Positions 38,401 through 52,499 of a DNA stretch of 64,000 bases are shown here, one piece after another (the first letter of the stretch is position 1; the number at the start of each line of letters is the position of its first letter). Location of the stretch: contig OZ059899.1 in NCBI GenBank assembly GCA_964057225.1, forward strand, positions 20,770,001 to 20,834,000, in the 5' to 3' direction. The DNA comes from Auanema rhodensis. Its lineage: Eukaryota > Animalia > Nematoda. Below the pieces are notes generated by a model. The model saw only the letters and a program-made list of their open reading frames with translations. It did not search any database and was not told where the DNA came from. The position numbers were made by a program, and so were the translations under genes.

Positions 38401-41400
38401 ATACAAAAATTAGTTATGATCGTTTGAAAAATGATGCATTAGTGTATGTTGAGTTTCCATGTACACTCAACATTGCTTCCAAAAACATTTTGACAAAAAT
38501 TTTTCCGAGAAATTTCAAAATAATTTCGCGAAAAGTAGATGTTTTTAGATTCCTTTTTTCAAGGCAAAGACGATGGACAATGTTATTCAACGAAAAAATT
38601 ATTTCTGCAGGGTGAAAATCGAGGATATAAGTGTGAACTTATATCAGTTGATATCTCGGTGCATTTTTAAGCTAGCGCAAATCTGATAATACAGATCGAC
38701 GCAGCTTAAAAATCCGCATCGAATGCACTATACTGCATTGAGAAACGCTTAATACAAAAGTTAGTTATGATCGTTTGAAAAATGATGCATTAGTGTATGT
38801 TGAGTTTCCATGTACACTCAACATTGCTTCCAAAAACATTTTGACAAAAATTTTTCCGAAAAATTTTAAAATAATTTCGCAAAAAGTAGATGTTTTTAGA
38901 TTCCTTTTTTCAAGGCAAAGACGATGGACAATGTTATTCAACGAAAAAATTAATTCTGCAGGGTGAAAATCGAGGATATAAGTGTGAACTTATATCAGTT
39001 GATATCTCGGTGCATTTTTAAGCTAGCGCAAATCTGATAACACAGATCGACGCAGCTTAAAAATCCGCATCGAATGCACTATACTACATTGAGAAACGCT
39101 TGATACAAAAATTAGGTATGATCGTTTGAAAAATGATGCATTAGTGTATGTTGAGTTTCCATGTACACTCAACATTGCTTTCAAAAACATTTTGACAAAA
39201 ATTTTTCCGAAAAATTTCGAGAAAATTTCGCGAAAAGTAGATGTTTTTAGATTCCTTTTTTCAAGGCAAAGACGATGGACAATGTTATTCAACGAAAAAA
39301 TTAATTCTGCAGGGTGAAAATCGAGGATATAAGTGTGAACTTATATCAGTTGATATCTTGGTGCATTTTTAAGCTAGCGCAAATCTGATAACACAGATCG
39401 ACGCAGCTTAAAAATCCGCATTGAATGCACTATACTGCATTGAGAAACGCTTAATACAAAAATTAGGTATGATCGTTTGAAAAATGATGCATTAGTGTAT
39501 GTTGAGTTTCCATGTACACTCAACATTGCTTTCAAAAACATTTTGACAAAAATTTTTCCGAAAAATTTCAAAATAATTTCGCAAAAAGTAGATGTTTTTA
39601 GATTCCTTTTTTCAAGGCAAAGACGATGGACAATGTTATTCAACGAAAAAAAATTCTGCAGGGTGAAAATCGAGGATATAAGTGTGAACTTATATCAGTT
39701 GATATCTCGGTGCATTTTTAAGCTAGCGCAAATCTGATAACACAGATCGACGCAGCTTAAAAATCCGCATCGAATGCACTATACTACATTGAGAAACGCT
39801 TGATACAAAAATTAGGTATGATCGTTTGAAAAATGATGCATTAGTGTATGTTGAGTCTCCATGTACACTCAACATTGCTTTCAAAAACATTTTGACAAAA
39901 ATTTTTCCGAAAAATTTCAAAATAATTTCGCAAAAAGTAGATGTTTTTAGATTCCTTTTTTCAAAGCAAAGACGATGGACAATGTTATTCAACGAAAAAA
40001 AATTCTGCAGGGTGAAAATCGAGGATATAAGTTTGAACTTATATCAGTTGATATCTCGGTGCATTTTAAAGCTAGCGCAAATCTGATAACACAGATCGAC
40101 GCAGCTTAAAAATCCGCATCGAATGCACTATACTACATTGAGAAACGCTTGATACAAAAATTAGGTATGATCGTTTGAAAAATGATGCATTAGTGTATGT
40201 TGAGTTTCCATGTACACTCAACATTGCTTCCAAAAACATTTTGACAAAAATTTTTCCGAAAAATTTCAAAATAATTTTGCAAAAAGTAGATGTTTTCAGA
40301 TTCCTTTTTTCAAGGCAAAGACGATGGACAATGTTATTCAACGAAAAAATTAATTCTGCAGGGTGAAAATCGAGGATATAAGTGTGAACTTATATCAGTT
40401 GATATCTCGGTGCATTTTTAAGCTAGCGCAAATCTGATAACACAGATCGACGCAGCTTAAAAATCCGCATCGAATGCACTATACTACATTGAGAAACGCT
40501 TGATACAAAAATTAGGTATGATCGTTTGAAAAATGATGCATTAGTGTATGTTGAGTTTCCATGTACACTCAACATTGCTTTCAAAAACATTTTGACAAAA
40601 ATTTTTCCGAAAAATTTCAAAATAATTTCGCAAAAAGTAGATGTTTTTAGATTCCTTTTTTCAAGGCAAAGACGATGGACAATGTTATTCAACGAAAAAA
40701 AATTCTGCAGGGTGAAAATCGAGGATATAAGTGTGAACTTATATCAGTTGATATCTCGGTGCATTTTTAAGCTAGCGCAAATCTGATAACACAGATCGAC
40801 GCAGCTTAAAAATCCGCATCGAATGCACTATACAACATTGAGAAACGCTCAATACAAAAATTAGTTATGATCGTTTGAAAAATGATGCATTAGTGTATGT
40901 TGAGTTTCCATGTACACTCAACATTGCTTCCAAAAACATTTTGATAAAAATTTTTCCGAAAAATTTCAAAATAATTTCGCGAAAAGTAGATGTTTTTAGA
41001 TTCCTTTTTTCAAGGCAAAGACGATGGACAATGTTATTCAACGAAAAAATTAATTCTCCAGGGTGAAAATCGAGGATATAAGTGTGAACTTATATCAGTT
41101 GATATCTCGGTGCATTTTTAAGCTAGCGCAAATCTGATAACACAGATCGACGCAGCTTGAAAATCCGCATCGAATGCACTATACAACATTGAGAAACGCT
41201 TTATACAAAAATTAGTTATGATCGTTTGAAAAATGATGCATTAGTGTATGTTGAGTTTCCATGTACACTCAACATTGCTTTCAAAAACATTTTGACAAAA
41301 ATTTTTCCGAAAAATTTCAAAATAATTTCGCGAAAAGTAGATGTTTTTAGATTCCTTTTTTTAAGGCAAAGACGATGGACAATGTTATTCAACGAAAAAA

Positions 41401-44400
41401 TTATTTCTGCAGGGTGAAAATCGAGGATATAAGTGTGAACTTATATCAGTTGATATCTCGGTGCATTTTTAAGCTAGCGCAAATCTGATAACACAGATCG
41501 ACGCAGCTTGAAAATCCGCATCGAATTCACTATACTACATTGAGAAACGCTTGATACAAAAATTAGGTATGATCGTTTGAAAAATGATGCATTAGTGTAT
41601 GTTGAGTTTCCATGTACACTCAACATTACTTTCAAAAACATTTTGACAAAAATTTTTCCGAAAAATTTCAAAATAATTTCGCGAAAAGTAGATGTTTTTA
41701 GATTCCTTTTTTCAAGGCAAAGACGATGGACAATGTTATTCAACGAAAAAATTATTTCTGCAGGGTGAAAATCGAGGATATAAGTGTGAACTTATATCAG
41801 TTGATATCTCGGTGCATTTTTAAGCTAGCGCAAATCTGATAACACAGATCGACGCAGCTTAAAAATCCGCATCGAATGCACTATACAACATTGAGAAACG
41901 CTCAATACAAAAATTAGTTATGATCGTTTGAAAAATGATGCATTAGTGTATGTTGAGTTTCCATGTACACTCAACATTGCTTTCAAAAACATTTTGACAA
42001 AAATTTTTCCGAAAAATTTCAAAATAATTTCGCGAAAAGTAGATGTTTTTAGATTCCTTTTTTCAAGGCAAAGACGATGGACAATGTTATTCAACGAAAA
42101 AATTATTTCTGCAGGGTGAAAATCGAGGATATAAGTGTGAACTTATATCAGTTGATATCTCGGTGCATTTTTAAGCTAGCGCAAATCTGATAACACAGAT
42201 CGACGCAGCTTGAAAATCCGCATCGAATTCACTATACTACATTGAGAAACGCTTGATACAAAAATTAGGTATGATCGTTTGAAAAATGATGCATTAGTGT
42301 ATGTTGAGTTTCCATGTACACTCAACATTACTTTCAAAAACATTTTGACAAAAATTTTTCCGAAAAATTTCAAAATAATTTCGCGAAAAGTAGATGTTTT
42401 TAGATTCCTTTTTTCAAGGCAAAGACGATGGACAATGTTATTCAACGAAAAAATTATTTCTGCAGGGTGAAAATCGAGGATATAAGTGTGAACTTATATC
42501 AGTTGATATCTCGGTGCATTTTTAAGCTAGCGCAAATCTGATAACACAGATCGACGCAGCTTAAAAATCCGCATCGAATGCACTATACAACATTGAGAAA
42601 CGCTCAATACAAAAATTAGTTATGATCGTTTGAAAAATGATGCATTAGTGTATGTTGAGTTTCCATGTACACTCAACATTGCTTCCAAAAACATTTTGAT
42701 AAAAATTTTTCCGAAAAATTTCAAAATAATTTTGCGAAAAGTAGATGTTTTTAGATTCCTTTTTTCAAGGCAAAGACGATGGACAATGTTATTCAACGAA
42801 AAAATTAATTCTCCAGGGTGAAAATCGAGGATATAAGTGTGAACTTATATCAGTTGATATCTCGGTGCATTTTTAAGCTAGCGCAAATCTGATAACACAG
42901 ATCGACGCAGCTTAAAAATCCGCATCGAATTCACTATACTACATTGAGAAACGCTTGATACAAAAATTAGGTATGATCGTTTGAAAAATGATGCATTAGT
43001 GTATGTTGAGTTTCCATGTACACTCAACATTGCTTTCAAAAACATTTTGACAAAAATTTTTCCGAAAAATTTCAAAATAATTTCGCAAAAAGTAGATGTT
43101 TTTAGATTCCTTTTTGCAAGGCAAAGACGATGGACAATGTTATTCAACGAAAAAAAATTCTGCAGGGTGAAAATCGAGGATATAAGTGTGAACTTATATC
43201 AGTTGATATCTCGGTGCATTTTTAAGCTAGCGCAAATCTGATAACACAGATCGACGCAGCTTAAAAATCCGCATCGAATTCACTATACTACATTGAGAAA
43301 CGCTTGATACAAAAATTAGGTATGATCGTTTGAAAAATGATGCATTAGTGTATGTTGAGTTTCCATGTACACTCAACATTGCTTTCAAAAACATTTTGAC
43401 AAAAATTTTTCCGAAAAATTTCAAAATAATTTCGCAAAAAGTAGATGTTTTTAGATTCCTTTTTTCAAGACAAAGACGATGGACAATGTTATTCAACGAA
43501 AAAAAATTCTGCAGGGTGAAAATCGAGGATATAAGTGTGAACTTATATCAGTTGATATCTCGGTGCATTTTTAAGCTAGCGCAAATCTGATAACACAGAT
43601 CGACGCAGCTTAAAAATCCACATCGAATGCACTATACTACATTGAGAAACGCTTGATACAAAAATTAGGTATGATCGTTTGAAAAATGATGCATTAGTGT
43701 ATGTTGAGTTTCCATGTACACTCAACATTGCTTCCAAAAACATTTTGACAAAAATTTTTCCGAAAAATTTCGAAAAAATTTCGCGAAAAGTAGATGTTTT
43801 TAGATTCCTTTTTTCAAGGCAAAGACGATGGACAATGTTATTCAACGAAAAAATTATTTCTGCAGGGTGAAAATCGAGGATATAAGTGTGAACTTATATC
43901 AGTTGATATCTCGGTGCATTTTTAAGCTAGCGCAAATCTGATAACACAGATCGACGCAGCTTAAAAATCCGCATCGAATGCACTATACTACATTGAGAAA
44001 CGCTTTATACAAAAATTAGTTATGATCGTTTGAAAAATGATGCATTAGTGTATGTTGAGTTTCCATGTACACTCAACATTGCTTCCAAAAACATTTTGAC
44101 AAAAATTTTTCCGAAAAATTTCAAAATAATTTCGCGAAAAGTAGATGTTTTTAGATTCCTTTTTTCAAGGCAAAGACGATGGACAATGTTATTCAACGAA
44201 AAAATTATTTCTGCAGGGTGAAAATCGAGGATATAAGTGTGAACTTATATCAGTTGATATCTCGGTGCATTTTTAAGCTAGCGCAAATCTGATAACACAG
44301 ATCGACGCAGCTTAAAAATCCGCATCGAATTCACTATACTACATTGAGAAACGCTTGATACAAAAATTAGGTATGATCGTTTGAAAAATGATGCATTAGT

Positions 44401-47400
44401 GTATGTTGAGTTTCCATGTACACTCAACATTGCTTCCAAAAACATTTTGATAAAAATTTTTCCGAAAAATTTCAAAATAATTTCGCGAAAAGTAGATGTT
44501 TTTAGATTCCTTTTTTCAAGGCAAAGACGATGGACAATGTTATTCAACGAAAAAATTAATTCTCCAGGGTGAAAATCGAGGATATAAGTGTGAACTTATA
44601 TCAGTTGATATCTCGGTGCATTTTTAAGCTAGCGCAAATCTGATAACACAGATCGACGCAGCTTAAAAATCCGCATCGAATTCACTATACTACATTGAGA
44701 AACGCTTGATACAAAAATTAGGTATGATCGTTTGAAAAATGATGCATTAGTGTATGTTGAGTTTCCATGTACACTCAACATTGCTTTCAAAAACATTTTG
44801 ACAAAAATTTTTCCGAAAAATTTCAAAATAATTTCGCAAAAAGTAGATGTTTTTAGATTCCTTTTTTCAAGGCAAAGACGATGGACAATGTTATTCAACG
44901 AAAAAAAATTCTGCAGGGTGAAAATCGAGGATATAAGTGTGAACTTATATCAGTTGATATCTCGGTGCATTTTTAAGCTAGCGCAAATCTGATAACACAG
45001 ATCGACGCAGCTTAAAAATCCGCATCGAATTCACTATACTACATTGAGAAACGCTTGATACAAAAATTAGGTATGATCGTTTGAAAAATGATGCATTAGT
45101 GTATGTTGAGTTTCCATGTACACTCAACATTGCTTCCAAAAACATTTTGATAAAAATTTTTCCGAAAAATTTCAAAATAATTTCGCGAAAAGTAGATGTT
45201 TTTAGATTCCTTTTTTCAAGGCAAAGACGATGGACAATGTTATTCAACGAAAAAATTAATTCTCCAGGGTGAAAATCGAGGATATAAGTGTGAACTTATA
45301 TCAGTTGATATCTCGGTGCATTTTTAAGCTAGCGCAAATCTGATAACACAGATCGACGCAGCTTAAAAATCCGCATCGAATGCACTATACTACATCGAGA
45401 AACGCTTGATACAAAAATTAGGTATGATCGTATGAAAAATGATGCATTAGTGTATGTTGAGTTTCCATGTACACTCAACATTGCTTCCAAAAACATTTTG
45501 ACAAAAATTTTTCCGAAAAATTTCAAAATAATTTCGCGAAAAGTAGATGTTTTTAGATTCCTTTTTTCAAGGCAAAGACGATGGACAATGTTATTCAACG
45601 AAAAAATTAATTCTGCAGGGTGAAAATCGAGGATATAAGTGTGAACTTATATCAGTTGATATCTCGGTGCATTTTTAAGCTAGCGCAAATCTGATAACAC
45701 AGATCGACGCAGCTTAAAAATCCGCATCGAATGCACTATACAACATTGAGAAACGCTCAATACGAAAATTAGTTATGATCGTTTGAAAAATGATGCATTA
45801 GTGTATGTTGAGTTTCCATGTACACTCAACATTGCTTCCAAAAACATTTTGATAAAAATTTTTCCGAAAAATTTCAAAATAATTTCGCGAAAAGTAGATG
45901 TTTTTAGATTCCTTTTTTCAAGGCAAAGACGATGGACAATGTTATTCAACGAAAAAATTAATTCTCCAGGGTGAAAATCGAGGATATAAGTGTGAACTTA
46001 TATCAGTTGATATCTCGGTGCATTTTTAAGCTAGCGCAAATCTGATAACACAGATCGACGCAGCTTAAAAATCCGCATCGAATTCACTATACTACATTGA
46101 GAAACGCTTGATACAAAAATTAGGTATGATCGTTTGAAAAATGATGCATTAGTGTATGTTGAGTTTCCATGTACACTCAACATTGCTTTCAAAAACATTT
46201 TGACAAAAATTTTTCCGAAAAATTTCAAAATAATTTCGCAAAAAGTAGATGTTTTTAGATTCCTTTTTTGAAGGCAAAGACGATGGACAATGTTATTCAA
46301 CGAAAAAAAATTCTGCAGGGTGAAAATCGAGGATATAAGTGTGAACTTATATCAGTTGATATCTCGGTGCATTTTTAAGCTAGCGCAAATCTGATAACAC
46401 AGATCGACGCAGCTTAAAAATCCGCATCGAATGCACTATACAACATTGAGAAACGCTTGATACAAAAATTAGTTATGATCGTTTGAAAAATGATGCATTA
46501 GTGTATGTTGAGTTTCCATGTACACTCAACATTGCTTCCAAAAACATTTTGACAAAAATTTTTCCGAAAAATTTCAAAATAATTTCGCGAAAAGTAGATG
46601 TTTTTAGATTCCATTTTTCAAGGCAAAGACGATGGACAATGTTATTCAACGAAAAAATTATTTCTGCAGGGTGAAAATCGAGGATATAAGTGTGAACTTA
46701 TATCAGTTGATATCTCGGTGCATTTTTAAGCTAGCGCAAATCTGATAACACAGATCGACGCAGCTTAAAAATCCGCATCGAATTCACTATACTACATTGA
46801 GAAACGCTTGATACAAAAATTAGGTATGATCGTTTGAAAAATGATGCATTAGTGTATGTTGAGTTTCCATGTACACTCAACATTGCTTCCAAAAACATTT
46901 TGATAAAAATTTTTCCGAAAAATTTCAAAATAATTTCGCGAAAAGTAGATGTTTTTAGATTCCTTTTTTCAAGGCAAAGACGATGGACAATGTTATTCAA
47001 CGAAAAAAAATTCTGCAGGGTGAAAATCGAGGATATAAGTGTGAACTTATATCAGTTGATATCTCGGTGCATTTTTAAGCTAGCGCAAATCTGATAACAC
47101 AGATCGACGCAGCTTAAAAATCCGCATCGAATGCACTATACTACATCGAGAAACGCTTGATACAAAAATTAGGTATGATCGTATGAAAAATGATGCATTA
47201 GTGTATGTTGAGTTTCCATGTACACTCAACATTGCTTCCAAAAACATTTTGACAAAAATTTTTCCGAAAAATTTCAAAATAATTTCGCGAAAAGTAGATG
47301 TTTTTAGATTCCTTTTTTCAAGGCAAAGACGATGGACAATGTTATTCAACGAAAAAATTATTTCTGCAGGGTGAAAATCGAGGATATAAGTGTGAACTTA

Positions 47401-48479
47401 TATCAGTTGATATCTCGGTGCATTTTTAAGCTAGCGCAAATCTGATAACACAGATCGACGCAGCTTAAAAATCCGCATCGAATTCACTATACTACATTGA
47501 GAAACGCTTGATACAAAAATTAGGTATGATCGTTTGAAAAATGATGCATTAGTGTATGTTGAGTTTCCATGTACACTCAACATTGCTTCCAAAAACATTT
47601 TGATAAAAATTTTTCCGAAAAATTTCAAAATAATTTCGCGAAAAGTAGATGTTTTTAGATTCCTTTTTTCAAGGCAAAGACGATGGACAATGTTATTCAA
47701 CGAAAAAATTAATTCTCCAGGGTGAAAATCGAGGATATAAGTGTGAACTTATATCAGTTGATATCTCGGTGCATTTTTAAGCTAGCGCAAATCTGATAAC
47801 ACAGATCGACGCAGCTTAAAAATCCGCATCGAATTCACTATACTACATTGAGAAACGCTTGATACAAAAATTAGGTATGATCGTTTGAAAAATGATGCAT
47901 TAGTGTATGTTGAGTTTCCATGTACACTCAACATTGCTTTCAAAAACATTTTGACAAAAATTTTTCCGAAAAATTTCAAAATAATTTCGCAAAAAGTAGA
48001 TGTTTTTAGATTCCTTTTTTCAAGGCAAAGACGATGGACAATGTTATTCAACGAAAAAAAATTCTGCAGGGTGAAAATCGAGGATATAAGTGTGAACTTA
48101 TATCAGTTGATATCTCGGTGCATTTTTAAGCTAGCGCAAATCTGATAACACAGATCGACGCAGCTTAAAAATCCGCATCGAATTCACTATACTACATTGA
48201 GAAACGCTTGATACAAAAATTAGGTATGATCGTTTGAAAAATGATGCATTAGTGTATGTTGAGTTTCCATGTACACTCAACATTGCTTTCAAAAACATTT
48301 TGACAAAAATTTTTCCGAAAAATTTCAAAATAATTTCGCAAAAAATAGATGTTTTTAGATTCCTTTTCTCAAGGCAAAGACGATGGACAATGTTGTTCAA
48401 CGAAAAAATTATTTCTGCAGGGTGAAAATCGAGGATATAAGTGTGAACTTATATCAGTTGATATCTCGGTGCATTTTTA

Positions 48480-50570
48480 AGCTAGCGCAAATCTGATAAC
48501 ACAGATCGACGCAGCTTAAAAATCCGCATCGAATGCACTATACTACATTGAGAAACGCTTGATACAAAAATTAGGTATGATCGTTTGAAAAATGATGCAT
48601 TAGTGTATGTTGAGTTTCCATGTACACTCAACATTGCTTCCAAAAACATTTTGACAAAAATTTTTCCGAAAAATTTCGAAAAAATTTCGCGAAAAGTAGA
48701 TGTTTTTAGATTCCTTTTTTCAAGGCAAAGACGATGGACAATGTTATTCAACGAAAAAATTATTTCTGCAGGGTGAAAATCGAGGATATAAGTGTGAACT
48801 TATATCAGTTGATATCTCGGTGCATTTTTAAGCTAGCGCAAATCTGATAACACAGATCGATGCAGCTTAAAAATCCGCATCGAATGCACTATACAACATT
48901 GAGAAACGCTCAATACAAAAATTAGTTATGATCGTTTGAAAAATGATGCATTAGTGTATGTTGAGTTTCCATGTACACTCAACATTGCTTCCAAAAACAT
49001 TTTGATAAAAATTTTTCCGAAAAATTTCGAAAAAATTTCGCGAAAAGTAGATGTTTTTAGATTCCTTTTTTCAAGGCAAAGACGATGGACAATGTTATTC
49101 AACGAAAAAATTATTTCTGCAGGGTGAAAATCGAGGATATAAGTGTGAACTTATATCAGTTGATATCTCGGTGCATTTTTAAGCTAGCGCAAATCTGATA
49201 ACACAGATCGACGCAGCTTAAAAATCCGCATCGAATGCACTATACAACATTGAGAAACGCTCAATACAAAAATTAGTTGTGATCGTTTGAAAAATGATGC
49301 ATTAGTGTATGTTGAGTTTCCATGTACACTCAACATTGCTTCCAAAAACATTTTGATAAAAATTTTTCCGAAAAATTTCAAGATAATTTCGCGAAAAGTA
49401 GATGTTTTTAGATTCCTTTTTTCAAGGCAAAGACGATGGACAATGTTATTCAACGAAAAAATTAATTCTCCAGGGTGAAAATCGAGGATATAAGTGTGAA
49501 CTTATATCAGTTGATATCTCGGTGCATTTTTAAGCTAGCGCAAATCTGATAACACAGATCGACGCAGCTTAAAAATCCGCATCGAATGCACTATACTACA
49601 TTGAGAAACGCTTGATACAAAAATTAGGTATGATCGTTTGAAAAATGATGCATTAGTGTATGTTGAGTTTCCATGTACACTCAACATTGCTTCCAAAAAC
49701 ATTTTGACAAAAATTTTTCCGAAAAATTTCGAAAAAATTTCGCGAAAAGTAGATGTTTTTAGATTCCTTTTTTCAAGGCAAAGACGATGGACAATGTTAT
49801 TCAACGAAAAAATTATTTCTGCAGGGTGAAAATCGAGGATATAAGTGTGAACTTATATCAGTTGATATCTCGGTGCATTTTTAAGCTAGCGCAAATCTGA
49901 TAACACAGATCGATGCAGCTTAAAAATCCGCATCGAATGCACTATACAACATTGAGAAACGCTCAATACAAAAATTAGTTATGATCGTTTGAAAAATGAT
50001 GCATTAGTGTATGTTGAGTTTCCATGTACACTCAACATTGCTTCCAAAAACATTTTGATAAAAATTTTTCCGAAAAATTTCGAAAAAATTTCGCGAAAAG
50101 TAGATGTTTTTAGATTCCTTTTTTCAAGGCAAAGACGATGGACAATGTTATTCAACGAAAAAATTATTTCTGCAGGGTGAAAATCGAGGATATAAGTGTG
50201 AACTTATATCAGTTGATATCTCGGTGCATTTTTAAGCTAGCGCAAATCTGATAACACAGATCGACGCAGCTTAAAAATCCGCATCGAATGCACTATACAA
50301 CATTGAGAAACGCTCAATACAAAAATTAGTTGTGATCGTTTGAAAAATGATGCATTAGTGTATGTTGAGTTTCCATGTACACTCAACATTGCTTCCAAAA
50401 ACATTTTGATAAAAATTTTTCCGAAAAATTTCAAGATAATTTCGCGAAAAGTAGATGTTTTTAGATTCCTTTTTTCAAGGCAAAGACGATGGACAATGTT
50501 ATTCAACGAAAAAATTAATTCTCCAGGGTGAAAATCGAGGATATAAGTGTGAACTTATATCAGTTGATAT
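48480..50570 (-). repeat. 3-monomer higher-order repeat (1053 bp), 2 copies
   Basis: ORF variants 48585/49638, 48936/49989 and 49287/50340 are offset by 1053 and share rare SNPs (gatcgatgcag, ttgtgatcg, ttcaagata). Confidence 0.85.
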
Positions 50571-52499
50571 CTCGGTACATTTTTAAGCTAGCGCAAATCT
50601 GATAACACAGATCGACGCAGCTTAAAAATCCGCATCGAATGCACTATACAACATTGAGAAACGCTTAATACAAAAATTAGTTATGATCGTTTGAAAAATG
50701 ATGCATTAGTGTATGTTGAGTTTCCATGTACACTCAACATTGCTTCCAAAAACATTTTGATAAAAATTTTTCCGAAAAATTTCGAAAAAATTTCGCGAAA
50801 AGTAGATGTTTTTAGATTCCTTTTTTCAAGGCAAAGACGATGGACAATGTTATTCAACGAAAAAATTATTTCTGCAGGGTGAAAATCGAGGATATAAGTG
50901 TGAACTTATATCAGTTGATATCTCGGTGCATTTTTAAGCTAGCGCAAATCTGATAACACAGATCGACGCAGCTTAAAAATCCGCATCGAATGCACTATAC
51001 AACATTGAGAAACGCTCAATACAAAAATTAGTTATGATCGTTTGAAAAATGATGCATTAGTGTATGTTGAGTTTCCATGTACACTCAACATTGCTTCCAA
51101 AAACATTTTGATAAAAATTTTTCCGAAAAATTTCAAAATAATTTCGCGAAAAGTAGATGTTTTTAGATTCCTTTTTTCAAGGCAAAGACGATGGACAATG
51201 TTATTCAACGAAAAAATTAATTCTGCAGGGTGAAAATCGAGGATATAAGTGTGAACTTATATCAGTTGATATCTCGGTGCATTTTTAAGCTAGCGCAAAT
51301 CTGATAACACAGATCGACGCAGCTTAAAAATCCGCATCGAATGCACTATACAACATTGAGAAACGCTTAATACAAAAATAAGTTATGATCGTTTGAAAAA
51401 TGATGCATTAGTGTATGTTGAGTTTCCATGTACACTCAACATTGCTTCCAAAAACATTTTGACAAAAATTTTTCCGAAAAATTTCAAAATAATTTCGCGA
51501 AAAGTAGATGTTTTTAGATTCCTTTTTTCAAGGCAAAGACGATGGACAATGTTATTCAACGAAAAAATTAATTCTGCAGGGTGAAAATCGAGGATATAAG
51601 TGTGAACTTATATCAGTTGATATCTCGGTGCATTTTGAAGCTAGCGCAAATCTGATAACACAGATCGACGCAGCTTAAAAATCCGCATCGAATGCACTAT
51701 ACTGCATTGAGAAACGCTTAATACAAAAGTTAGTTATGATCGTTTGAAAAATGATGCATTAGTGTATGTTGAGTTTCCATGTACACTCAACATTGCTTCC
51801 AAAAACATTTTGACAAAAATTTTTCCGAAAAATTTTAAAATAATTTCGCAAAAAGTAGATGTTTTTAGATTCCTTTTTTCAAGGCAAAGACGATGGACAA
51901 TGTTATTCAACGAAAAAATTAATTCTGCAGGGTGAAAATCGAGGATATAAGTGTGAACTTATATCAGTTGATATCTCGGTGCATTTTTAAGCTAGCGCAA
52001 ATCTGATAACACAGATCGACGCAGCTTAAAAATCCGCATCGAATGCACTATACTACATTGAGAAACGCTTGATACAAAAATTAGGTATGATCGTTTGAAA
52101 AATGATGCATTAGTGTATGTTGAGTTTCCATGTACACTCAACATTGCTTCCAAAAACATTTTGACAAAAATTTTTCTGAAAAATTTCGAAAAAATTTCGC
52201 AAAAAGTAGATGTTTTTAGATTCCTTTTTTCAAGGCAAAGACGATGGACAATGTTATTCAACGAAAAAATTATTTCTGCAGGGTGAAAATCGAGGATATA
52301 TGTGTGAACTTATATCAGTTGATATCTCGGTGCATTTTTAAGCTAGCGCAAATCTGATAACACAGATCGACGCAGCTTGAAAATCCGCATCAAATGCACT
52401 ATACAACATTGAGAAACGCTTAATACAAAAATTAGTTATGATCGTTTGAAAAATGATGCATTAGTGTATGTTGAGTTTCCATGTACACTCAACATTGCT

